From contig OZ024744.1 of assembly GCA_964016885.1 (NCBI GenBank), positions 23,002,001-23,066,000 of the forward strand: a stretch of DNA of 64,000 bases, read 5' to 3'. The translations under genes were made by a program, and so were the position numbers. The stretch comes from Eledone cirrhosa (taxonomy: Eukaryota). Numbering within the stretch: position 1 is the stretch's first letter; the number at the start of each line of letters is the position of its first letter. This document shows positions 1 to 10,884 of this stretch, in pieces. A model generated the notes under the pieces. That model was not told the origin of the DNA, did no database searches, and saw nothing but the letters and a program-made list of their open reading frames with translations.

Positions 1-799
1 CTTAAGATTCAACTGTTGTTAAAACGAGTTTTATCTTAAGATTCAACTGTTGTTAAAACGAGTCAGTTCTTAAGATTCAACTGTTGTTAAAACGAGTTTT
101 ATTTGAGGATTCAACTGTTGTTAAAACGAGTCAGTTCTTAAGGTTGAACTGTTGATAAAACGAGTCAGTTCTTAAGATTCAACTGTTGTTAAAACGAGTT
201 TTATCTTAAGATTCAACTGTTGTTAAAACGAGTCAGTTCTGAAGAATCAACTGTTGTTAAAACGAGTTTTATTTGAAGATTCAACTGTTGTTAAAACGAG
301 TTTTATCTTAAGATTCAGCTGTTGTTAAAAAGAGTCAGTTCTTAAGATTCAACTGTTGTTAAAACGAATTTTATCTTAAGATTCAACTGTTGTTAAAACG
401 AGTTTTATCTTAAGATTCAGCTGTTGTTAAAACGAATCAGTTATTAAGATTCAACTGTTGTTAAAACGAGTTTTATTTGAAGATTCAACTGTTGTAAAAC
501 GAGTTTTATCTTAAGATTCAGCTGTTGTTAAAACGAGTCAGTCCTTAAGATTCAACTGTTGTTAAAACGAGTTTTATCTTAAGATTCAACTGTTGTTAAA
601 ACGAATCAGTTCTTAAGATTCAACTGTTGTTAAAATGAGTCAGTTCTTAAGATTCAACTGTTGTTAAAACGAGTTTTATCTTAAGATTCAACTGTTGTTA
701 AAACGAGTCAGTTCTTAAGATTCAACTGTAGTTAAAACGAGTTTTATCTGAAGATTCAACTGTTGTTAAAACGAATCAGTTCTTAAGATTCAACTGTTG

Positions 800-3700
800 T
801 TAAAATGAGTCAGTTCTTAAGATTCAACTGTTGTTAAAACGAGTTTTATCTTAAGATTCAACTGTTGTTAAAACGAGTCAGGTCTTAAGGTTGAACTGTT
901 GTTAAAACGAGTCAGTTCTTAAGATTCAACCGTTGTTAAAACGAGTTTTATCTTAAGATTCAACTGTTGTTAAAACGAGTCAGTTCTTAAGATTCAACTG
1001 TTGTTAAAGCGAGTTTTATTTGAAGATTCAACTGTTGTTAAAACGAGTCAGTGCTTAAGGTTGAACTGTTGATAAAACGAGTCAGTTCTTAAGATTCAAC
1101 TGTTGTTAAAACGAGTTTTATCTTAATATTCAGCTGTTGTTAAAACGAGTCGGTTCTTAAGATTCAACTGTTGTTAAAACGAATTTTATCTTAAGATTCA
1201 ACTGTTGTTAAAACGAGTTTTATCTTAAGATTCAGCTGTTGTTAAAACGAATCAGTTCTTAAGATTCAACTGTTGTTAAAACGAATTTTATTTGAAGATT
1301 CAACTGTTGTTAAGATGAGTCAGTTCTTAAGGTTGAACTGTTGATAAAACGAGTCAGTTCTTAAGATTCAACTGTTGTTAAAACGAGTTTATCTTAAGAT
1401 TTAGCTGTTGTTAAAACGAGTCAGTTCTTAAGATTCAACTGTTGTTAAAACGAGTTTATCTTAAAATTCAGCCGTTGTTAAAACGAGTCAGTTCTTAAGA
1501 TTCAACTGTTGTTAAAACGAGTTTTATCTTAAGATTCAACTGTTGTTAAAATGAGTCAGTTCTTAAGATTCAACTGTTGTTAAAACGAGTTTTATTTGAG
1601 GATTCAACTGTTGTTAAAACGAGTCAGTTCTTAAGGTTGAACTGTTGATAAAACGAGTCAGTTCTTAAGATTCAACTGTTGTTAAAACGAGTTTTATCTA
1701 AAGATTCAGCTGTTGTTAAAATGAGTCAGTTCTTAAGATTCAACTGTTGTTAAAACGAGTTTTATCTAAAGATTCAACTGTTGTTGAAACGAGTCAGTTC
1801 TGAAGAATCAACTGTTGTTAAAACGAGTTTTATTTGAAGATTCAACTGTTGTTAAAACGAGTCAGTGCTTAAGGTTGAACTGTTGATAAAACGAGTCAGT
1901 TCTTAAGATTCAACTGTTGTTAAAACGAGTTTTATCTTAAGATTCAGCTGTTGTTAAAACGAGTCAGTTCTTAAGATTCAACTGTTGTTAAAACGAATTT
2001 TATCTTAAGATTCAACAGTTGTTAAAACGAGTTTTATCTTAAGATTCAGCTGTTGTTAAAACGAATCAGTTCTTAAGATTCAACTGTTGTTAAAACGAGA
2101 TTTATCTTAAGATTCAACTGTTGTTAAAACGAGTCAGTTCTTAAGGTTGAACTGATGTTAAAACGAGTCAGTTCTTAAGATTCAACTGTTGTTAAAACGA
2201 GTTTTATCTTAAGATTCAACTGTTGTTAAAATGAGTCAGTTCTTAAGATTCAACTGTTGTTAAAACGAGTTTTATCTTAAGATTCAACTGTTGTTAAAAC
2301 GAGTCAGTTCTTAAGATTCAACTGTTGTTAAAACGAGTTTTATTTGAAGATTCAACTGTTGTTAAAACGAGTCAGTGCTTAAGGTTGAACTGTTGATAAA
2401 ACGAGTCAGTTCTTAAGATTCAACTGTTGTTAAAAAGAGTTTTATCTTAAGATTCAGCTGTTGTTAAAACGAGTCAGTTCTTAAGATTCAACTGTTGTTA
2501 AAACGAATTTTATCTTAAGATTCAACTGTTGTTAAAACGAGTTTTATCTTAAGATTCAGCTGTTGTTAAGATGTGTCAGTTCTTAAGGTTGAACTGTTCA
2601 TAAAACGAGTCAGTTCTTAAGATTCAACTGTTGTTAAAACGAGTTTTATCTTAAGATTTAGCTGTTGTTAAAACGAGTTAGTTCTTAAGATTCAACTGTT
2701 GTTAAAACGAGTTTATCTTAAAATTCAGCCGTTGTTAAAACGAGTCAGTTCTTAAGATTCAACTGTTGTTAAAACGAGTTTTATCTTAAGATTCAACTGT
2801 TGTTAAAACGAGTTTTATCTTAAGATTCAGCTGTTGTTAAAACGAGTCAGTTCTTAAGATTCAACTGTTGTTAAAACGAATTTTATCTTAAGATTCAACT
2901 GTTGTTAAAACGAGTTTTATCTTAAGATTCAGCTGTTGTTAAAACGAATCAGTTCTTAAGATTCAACTGTTGTTAAAACGAGTTTTATCTTAAGATTCAA
3001 CTGTTGTTAAAACGAATCAGTTCTTAAGATTCAACTGTTGTTAAAACGAGTGTTATCTTAAGATTCATCTGTTGTTAAAACGAGTCAGTTCTGAAGAATC
3101 AACTGTTGTTAAAACGAGTTTTATTTGAAGATTCAACTGTTGTTAAAACGAGTCAGTGCTTAAGGTTGAACTGTTGATAAAACGAGTCAGTTCTTAAGAT
3201 TCAACTGTTGTTAAAACGAGTTTTATCTTAAGATTCAGCTGTTGTTAAAACGAGTCAGTTCTTAAGATTCAACTGTTGTTAAAACGAATTTTATCTTAAG
3301 ATTCAACTGTTGTTAAAACGAGTTTTATCTTAAGATTCAGCTGTTGTTAAAACGAATCAGTTCTTAAGATTCAACTGTTGTTAAAACGAGTTTTATTTGA
3401 GGATTCAACTGTTGTTAAAACGAGTCAGTTCTTAAGGTTGAACTCTTGATAAAACGAGTCAGTTCTTAAGATTCAACTGTTGTAAAACGAGTTTTATCTT
3501 AAGATTCAGCTGTTGTTAAAACGAGTCAGTTCTTAAGATTCAACTATTGTTAAAACGAGTTTTATCTTAAGATTCAACTGTTGTTAAAACGAATCAGTTC
3601 TTAAGATTCAACTGTTGTTAAAATGAGTCAGTTCTTAAGATTCAACTGTTGTAAAAACTAGTTTCATCTTAAGATTCAACTGTTGTTAAAACTAGTCAGT

Positions 3701-6700
3701 TCTTAAGATTCAACTGTAGTTAAAACGAGTTTTATCTGAAGATTCAACTGTTGTTAAAACGAATCAGTTCTTAAGATTCAACTGTTGTTAAAATGAGTCA
3801 GCTCTTAAGATTCAACTGTTGTTAAAACGAGTTTTATCTTAAGATTCAACTGTTGTTAAAACGAGTCAGTTCTTAAGATTCAACTGTTGTTAAAACGAGT
3901 TTTATTTGAGGATTCAACTGTTGTTAAAACGAGTCAGTTCTTAAGGTTGAACTGTTGATAAAACGAGTCAGTTCTTAAGATTCAACTGTTGTTAAAACGA
4001 GTTTTATCTAAAGATTCAGCTGTTGTTAAAATGAGTCAGTTCTTAAGATTCAACTGTTGTTAAAACGAGTTTTATCTTAAGATTCAACTGTTGTTAAAAC
4101 GAGTCAGGTCTTAAGGTTGAACTGTTGTTAAAACGAGTCAGTTCTTAAGATTCAACCGTTGTTAAAACGAGTTTTATCTTAAGATACAACTGTTGTTAAA
4201 ACGAGTCAGTTCTTAAGATTCAACTGTTGTTAAAGCGAGTTTTATTTGAAGATTCAACTGTTGTTAAAACGAGTCAGTGCTTAAGGTTGAACTGTTGATA
4301 AAACGAGTCAGTTCTTAAGATTCAACTGTTGTTAAAACGAGTTTTATCTTAATATTCAGCTGTTGTTAAAACGAGTCGGTTCTTAAGATTCAACTGTTGT
4401 TAAAACGAATTTTATCTTAAGATTCAACTGTTGTTAAAACGAGTTTTATCTTAAGATTCAGCTGTTGTTAAAACGAATCAGTTCTTAAGATTCAACTGTT
4501 GTTAAAACGAATTTTATTTGAAGATTCAACTGTTGTTAAGATGAGTCAGTTCTTAAGGTTGAACTGTTGATAAAACGAGTCAGTTCTTAAGATTCAACTG
4601 TTGTTAAAACGAGTTTATCTTAAGATTTAGCTGTTGTTAAAACGAGTCAGTTCTTAAGATTCAACTGTTGTTAAAACGAGTTTATCTTAAAATTCAGCCG
4701 TTGTTAAAACGAGTCAGTTCTTAAGATTCAACTGTTGTTAAAACGAGTTTTATCTTAAGATTCAACTGTTGTTAAAATGAGTCAGTTCTTAAGATTCAAC
4801 TGTTGTTAAAACGAGTTTTATTTGAGGATTCAACTGTTGTTAAAACGAGTCAGTTCTTAAGGTTGAACTGTTGATAAAACGAGTCAGTTCTTAAGATTCA
4901 ACTGTTGTTAAAACGAGTTTTATCTAAAGATTCAGCTGTTGTTAAAATGAGTCAGTTCTTAAGATTCAACTGTTGTTAAAACGAGTTTTATCTTAAGATT
5001 CAACTGTTGTTAAAACGAGTCAGTTCTGAAGAATCAACTGTTGTTAAAACGAGTTTTATTTGAAGATTCAACTGTTGTTAAAACGAGTCAGTGCTTAAGG
5101 TTGAACTGTTGATAAAACGAGTCAGTTCTTAAGATTCAACTGTTGTTAAAACGAGTTTTATCTTAAGATTCAGCTGTTGTTAAAACGAGTCAGTTCTTAA
5201 GATTCAACTGTTGTTAAAACGAATTTTATCTTAAGATTCAACAGTTGTTAAAACGAGTTTTATCTTAAGATTCAGCTGTTGTTAAAACGAATCAGTTCTT
5301 AAGATTCAACTGTTGTTAAAACGAGTTTTATCTTAAGATTCAACTGTTGTTAAAACGAGTCAGTTCTTAAGGTTGAACTGATGTTAAAACGAGTCAGTTC
5401 TTAAGATTCAACTGTTGTTAAAACGAGTTTTATCTTAAGATTCAACTGTTGTTAAAATGAGTCAGTTCTTAAGATTCAACTGTTGTTAAAACGAGTTTTA
5501 TCTTAAGATTCAACTGTTGTTAAAACGAGTCAGTTCTTAAGATTCAACTGTTGTTAAAACGAGTTTTATTTGAAGATTCAACTGTTGTTAAAACGAGTCA
5601 GTGCTTAAGGTTGAACTGTTGATAAAACGAGTCAGTTCTTAAGATTCAACTGTTGTTAAAAAGAGTTTTATCTTAAGATTCAGCTGTTGTTAAAACGAGT
5701 CAGTTCTTAAGATTCAACTGTTGTTAAAACGAATTTTATCTTAAGATTCAACTGTTGTTAAAACGAGTTTTATCTTAAGATTCAGCTGTTGTTAAGATGT
5801 GTCAGTTCTTAAGGTTGAACTGTTCATAAAACGAGTCAGTTCTTAAGATTCAACTGTTGTTAAAACGAGTTTTATCTTAAGATTTAGCTGTTGTTAAAAC
5901 GAGTTAGTTCTTAAGATTCAACTGTTGTTAAAACGAGTTTATCTTAAAATTCAGCCGTTGTTAAAACGAGTCAGTTCTTAAGATTCAACTGTTGTTAAAA
6001 CGAGTTTTATCTTAAGATTCAACTGTTGTTAAAACGAGTTTTATCTTAAGATTCAGCTGTTGTTAAAACGAGTCAGTTCTTAAGATTCAACTGTTGTTAA
6101 AACGAATTTTATCTTAAGATTCAACTGTTGTTAAAACGAGTTTTATCTTAAGATTCAGCTGTTGTTAAAACGAATCAGTTCTTAAGATTCAACTGTTGTT
6201 AAAACGAGTTTTATCTTAAGATTCAACTGTTGTTAAAACGAATCAGTTCTTAAGATTCAACTGTTGTTAAAACGAGTGTTATCTTAAGATTCATCTGTTG
6301 TTAAAACGAGTCAGTTCTGAAGAATCAACTGTTGTTAAAACGAGTTTTATTTGAAGATTCAACTGTTGTTAAAACGAGTCAGTGCTTAAGGTTGAACTGT
6401 TGATAAAACGAGTCAGTTCTTAAGATTCAACTGTTGTTAAAACGAGTTTTATCTTAAGATTCAGCTGTTGTTAAAACGAGTCAGTTCTTAAGATTCAACT
6501 GTTGTTAAAACGAATTTTATCTTAAGATTCAACTGTTGTTAAAACGAGTTTTATCTTAAGATTCAGCTGTTGTTAAAACGAATCAGTTCTTAAGATTCAA
6601 CTGTTGTTAAAACGAGTTTTATTTGAGGATTCAACTGTTGTTAAAACGAGTCAGTTCTTAAGGTTGAACTCTTGATAAAACGAGTCAGTTCTTAAGATTC

Positions 6701-9700
6701 AACTGTTGTAAAACGAGTTTTATCTTAAGATTCAGCTGTTGTTAAAACGAGTCAGTTCTTAAGATTCAACTATTGTTAAAACGAGTTTTATCTTAAGATT
6801 CAACTGTTGTTAAAACGAATCAGTTCTTAAGATTCAACTGTTGTTAAAATGAGTCAGTTCTTAAGATTCAACTGTTGTAAAAACTAGTTTCATCTTAAGA
6901 TTCAACTGTTGTTAAAACTAGTCAGTTCTTAAGATTCAACTGTAGTTAAAACGAGTTTTATCTGAAGATTCAACTGTTGTTAAAACGAATCAGTTCTTAA
7001 GATTCAACTGTTGTTAAAATGAGTCAGCTCTTAAGATTCAACTGTTGTTAAAACGAGTTTTATCTTAAGATTCAACTGTTGTTAAAACGAATCAGTTCTT
7101 AAGATTCAACTGTTGTTAAAATGAGTCAGCTCTTAAGATTCAACTGTTGTTAAAACGAGTTTTATCTTAAGATTCAACTGTTGTTAAAACGAGTCAGTTC
7201 TTAAGATTCAACTGTTGTTAAAACGAGTTTTATTTGAGGATTCAACTGTTGTTAAAACGAGTCAGTTCTTAAGGTTGAACTGTTGATAAAACGAGTCAGT
7301 TCTTAAGATTCAACTGTTGTTAAAACGAGTTTTATCTTAAGATTCAACTGTTGTTAAAACGAGTCAGTTCTGAAGAATCAACTGTTGTTAAAACGAGTTT
7401 TATTTGAAGATTCAACTGTTGTTAAAACGAGTTTTATCTTAAGATTCAGCTGTTGTTAAAAAGAGTCAGTTCTTAAGATTCAACTGTTGTTAAAACGAAT
7501 TTTATCTTAAGATTCAACTGTTGTTAAAACGAGTTTTATCTTAAGATTCAGCTGTTGTTAAAACGAATCAGTTATTAAGATTCAACTGTTGTTAAAACGA
7601 GTTTTATTTGAAGATTCAACTGTTGTAAAACGAGTTTTATCTTAAGATTCAGCTGTTGTTAAAACGAATCAGTTCTTAAGATTCAACTGTTGTTAAAACG
7701 AATTTTATTTGAAGATTCAACTGTTGTTAAGATGAGTCAGTTCTTAAGGTTGAACTGTTGATAAAACGAGTCAGTTCTTAAGATTCAACTGTTGTTAAAA
7801 CGAGTTTATCTTAAGATTTAGCTGTTGTTAAAACGAGTCAGTTCTTAAGATTCAACTGTTGTTAAAACGAGTTTATCTTAAAATTCAGCCGTTGTTAAAA
7901 CGAGTCAGTTCTTAAGATTCAACTGTTGTTAAAACGAGTTTTATCTTAAGATTCAACTGTTGTTAAAATGAGTCAGTTCTTAAGATTCAACTGTTGTTAA
8001 AACGAGTTTTATTTGAGGATTCAACTGTTGTTAAAACGAGTCAGTTCTTAAGGTTGAACTGTTGATAAAACGAGTCAGTTCTTAAGATTCAACTGTTGTT
8101 AAAACGAGTTTTATCTAAAGATTCAGCTGTTGTTAAAATGAGTCAGTTCTTAAGATTCAACTGTTGTTAAAACGAGTTTTATCTAAAGATTCAACTGTTG
8201 TTGAAACGAGTCAGTTCTGAAGAATCAACTGTTGTTAAAACGAGTTTTATTTGAAGATTCAACTGTTGTTAAAACGAGTCAGTGCTTAAGGTTGAACTGT
8301 TGATAAAACGAGTCAGTTCTTAAGATTCAACTGTTGTTAAAACGAGTTTTATCTTAAGATTCAGCTGTTGTTAAAACGAGTCAGTTCTTAAGATTCAACT
8401 GTTGTTAAAACGAATTTTATCTTAAGATTCAACAGTTGTTAAAACGAGTTTTATCTTAAGATTCAGCTGTTGTTAAAACGAATCAGTTCTTAAGATTCAA
8501 CTGTTGTTAAAACGAGATTTATCTTAAGATTCAACTGTTGTTAAAACGAGTCAGTTCTTAAGGTTGAACTGATGTTAAAACGAGTCAGTTCTTAAGATTC
8601 AACTGTTGTTAAAACGAGTTTTATCTTAAGATTCAACTGTTGTTAAAATGAGTCAGTTCTTAAGATTCAACTGTTGTTAAAACGAGTTTTATCTTAAGAT
8701 TCAACTGTTGTTAAAACGAGTCAGTTCTTAAGATTCAACTGTTGTTAAAACGAGTTTTATTTGAAGATTCAACTGTTGTTAAAACGAGTCAGTGCTTAAG
8801 GTTGAACTGTTGATAAAACGAGTCAGTTCTTAAGATTCAACTGTTGTTAAAAAGAGTTTTATCTTAAGATTCAGCTGTTGTTAAAACGAGTCAGTTCTTA
8901 AGATTCAACTGTTGTTAAAACGAATTTTATCTTAAGATTCAACTGTTGTTAAAACGAGTTTTATCTTAAGATTCAGCTGTTGTTAAGATGTGTCAGTTCT
9001 TAAGGTTGAACTGTTCATAAAACGAGTCAGTTCTTAAGATTCAACTGTTGTTAAAACGAGTTTTATCTTAAGATTTAGCTGTTGTTAAAACGAGTTAGTT
9101 CTTAAGATTCAACTGTTGTTAAAACGAGTTTATCTTAAAATTCAGCCGTTGTTAAAACGAGTCAGTTCTTAAGATTCAACTGTTGTTAAAACGAGTTTTA
9201 TCTTAAGATTCAACTGTTGTTAAAACGAGTTTTATCTTAAGATTCAGCTGTTGTTAAAACGAGTCAGTTCTTAAGATTCAACTGTTGTTAAAACGAATTT
9301 TATCTTAAGATTCAACTGTTGTTAAAACGAGTTTTATCTTAAGATTCAGCTGTTGTTAAAACGAATCAGTTCTTAAGATTCAACTGTTGTTAAAACGAGT
9401 TTTATCTTAAGATTCAACTGTTGTTAAAACGAATCAGTTCTTAAGATTCAACTGTTGTTAAAACGAGTGTTATCTTAAGATTCATCTGTTGTTAAAACGA
9501 GTCAGTTCTGAAGAATCAACTGTTGTTAAAACGAGTTTTATTTGAAGATTCAACTGTTGTTAAAACGAGTCAGTGCTTAAGGTTGAACTGTTGATAAAAC
9601 GAGTCAGTTCTTAAGATTCAACTGTTGTTAAAACGAGTTTTATCTTAAGATTCAGCTGTTGTTAAAACGAGTCAGTTCTTAAGATTCAACTGTTGTTAAA

Positions 9701-10500
9701 ACGAATTTTATCTTAAGATTCAACTGTTGTTAAAACGAGTTTTATCTTAAGATTCAGCTGTTGTTAAAACGAATCAGTTCTTAAGATTCAACTGTTGTTA
9801 AAACGAGTTTTATTTGAGGATTCAACTGTTGTTAAAACGAGTCAGTTCTTAAGGTTGAACTCTTGATAAAACGAGTCAGTTCTTAAGATTCAACTGTTGT
9901 AAAACGAGTTTTATCTTAAGATTCAGCTGTTGTTAAAACGAGTCAGTTCTTAAGATTCAACTATTGTTAAAACGAGTTTTATCTTAAGATTCAACTGTTG
10001 TTAAAACGAATCAGTTCTTAAGATTCAACTGTTGTTAAAATGAGTCAGTTCTTAAGATTCAACTGTTGTAAAAACTAGTTTCATCTTAAGATTCAACTGT
10101 TGTTAAAACTAGTCAGTTCTTAAGATTCAACTGTAGTTAAAACGAGTTTTATCTGAAGATTCAACTGTTGTTAAAACGAATCAGTTCTTAAGATTCAACT
10201 GTTGTTAAAATGAGTCAGCTCTTAAGATTCAACTGTTGTTAAAACGAGTTTTATCTTAAGATTCAACTGTTGTTAAAACGAGTCAGTTCTTAAGATTCAA
10301 CTGTTGTTAAAACGAGTTTTATTTGAGGATTCAACTGTTGTTAAAACGAGTCAGTTCTTAAGGTTGAACTGTTGATAAAACGAGTCAGTTCTTAAGATTC
10401 AACTGTTGTTAAAACGAGTTTTATCTAAAGATTCAGCTGTTGTTAAAATGAGTCAGTTCTTAAGATTCAACTGTTGTTAAAACGAGTTTTATCTTAAGAT
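800..10500. repeat. Higher-order repeat domain 1: three ~3.2-kb copies (offsets 3226 bp = 95 monomers and 3191 bp = 94 monomers)
   Basis: Rare variants recur at identical spacings: ACAGTT at 2015/5241/8432, ACTGATGTT at 2151/5377/8568, ATGTGTCAG at 2571/5797/8988, CAACTATTG at 3541/6767/9958. GGTCTT (881/4107) and CGGTT (1151/4377) mark copies 1 and 2. Confidence 0.9.
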
Positions 10501-10884
10501 TCAGCTGTTGTTAAAACGAATCAGTTCTTAAGATTCAACTGTTGTTAAAACGAGTTTTATTTGAAGATTCAACTGTTGTAAAACGAGTTTTATCTTAAGA
10601 TTCAGCTGTTGTTAAAACGAGTCAGTTCTTAAGATTCAACTGTTGTTAAAACGAGTTTTATCTTAAGATTCAACTTTTGTTAAAACGAATCAGTTCTTAA
10701 GATTCAACTGTTGTTAAAATGAGTCAGTTCTTAAGATTCAACTGTTGTTAAAACGAGTTTTATCTTAAGATTCAACTGTTGTTAAAACGAGTCAGTTCTT
10801 AAGATTCAACTGTAGTTAAAACGAGTTTTATCTGAAGATTCAACTGTTGTTAAAACGAATCAGTTGTTAAGATTCAACTGTTGT

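Noticed and set aside
10-15. Conserved E-box/MYB site: CAACTG varies to CAGCTG, CATCTG, CAGATG, CACCTG and CAAATG, all keeping CANNTG
   Set aside because: Other common variants break the motif (GAACTG, CAACCG, CAGCCG, TAGCTG, GAACTC), and a 6-bp degenerate match is weak evidence.
1-34. loxP/FRT-like recombinase site suggested by the 34-bp length
   Set aside because: There is no 13-8-13 inverted-repeat architecture; the inverted arms are only 5-6 bp.
28-59. CRISPR array: the rotated unit GTTTTATCTTAAGATTCAACTGTTGTTAAAAC begins GTTTTA and ends TAAAAC, like type II-A direct repeats
   Set aside because: There are no unique spacers (units abut with only GA between them), no leader and no cas genes. 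About 1,880 contiguous copies with higher-order structure indicate satellite DNA.
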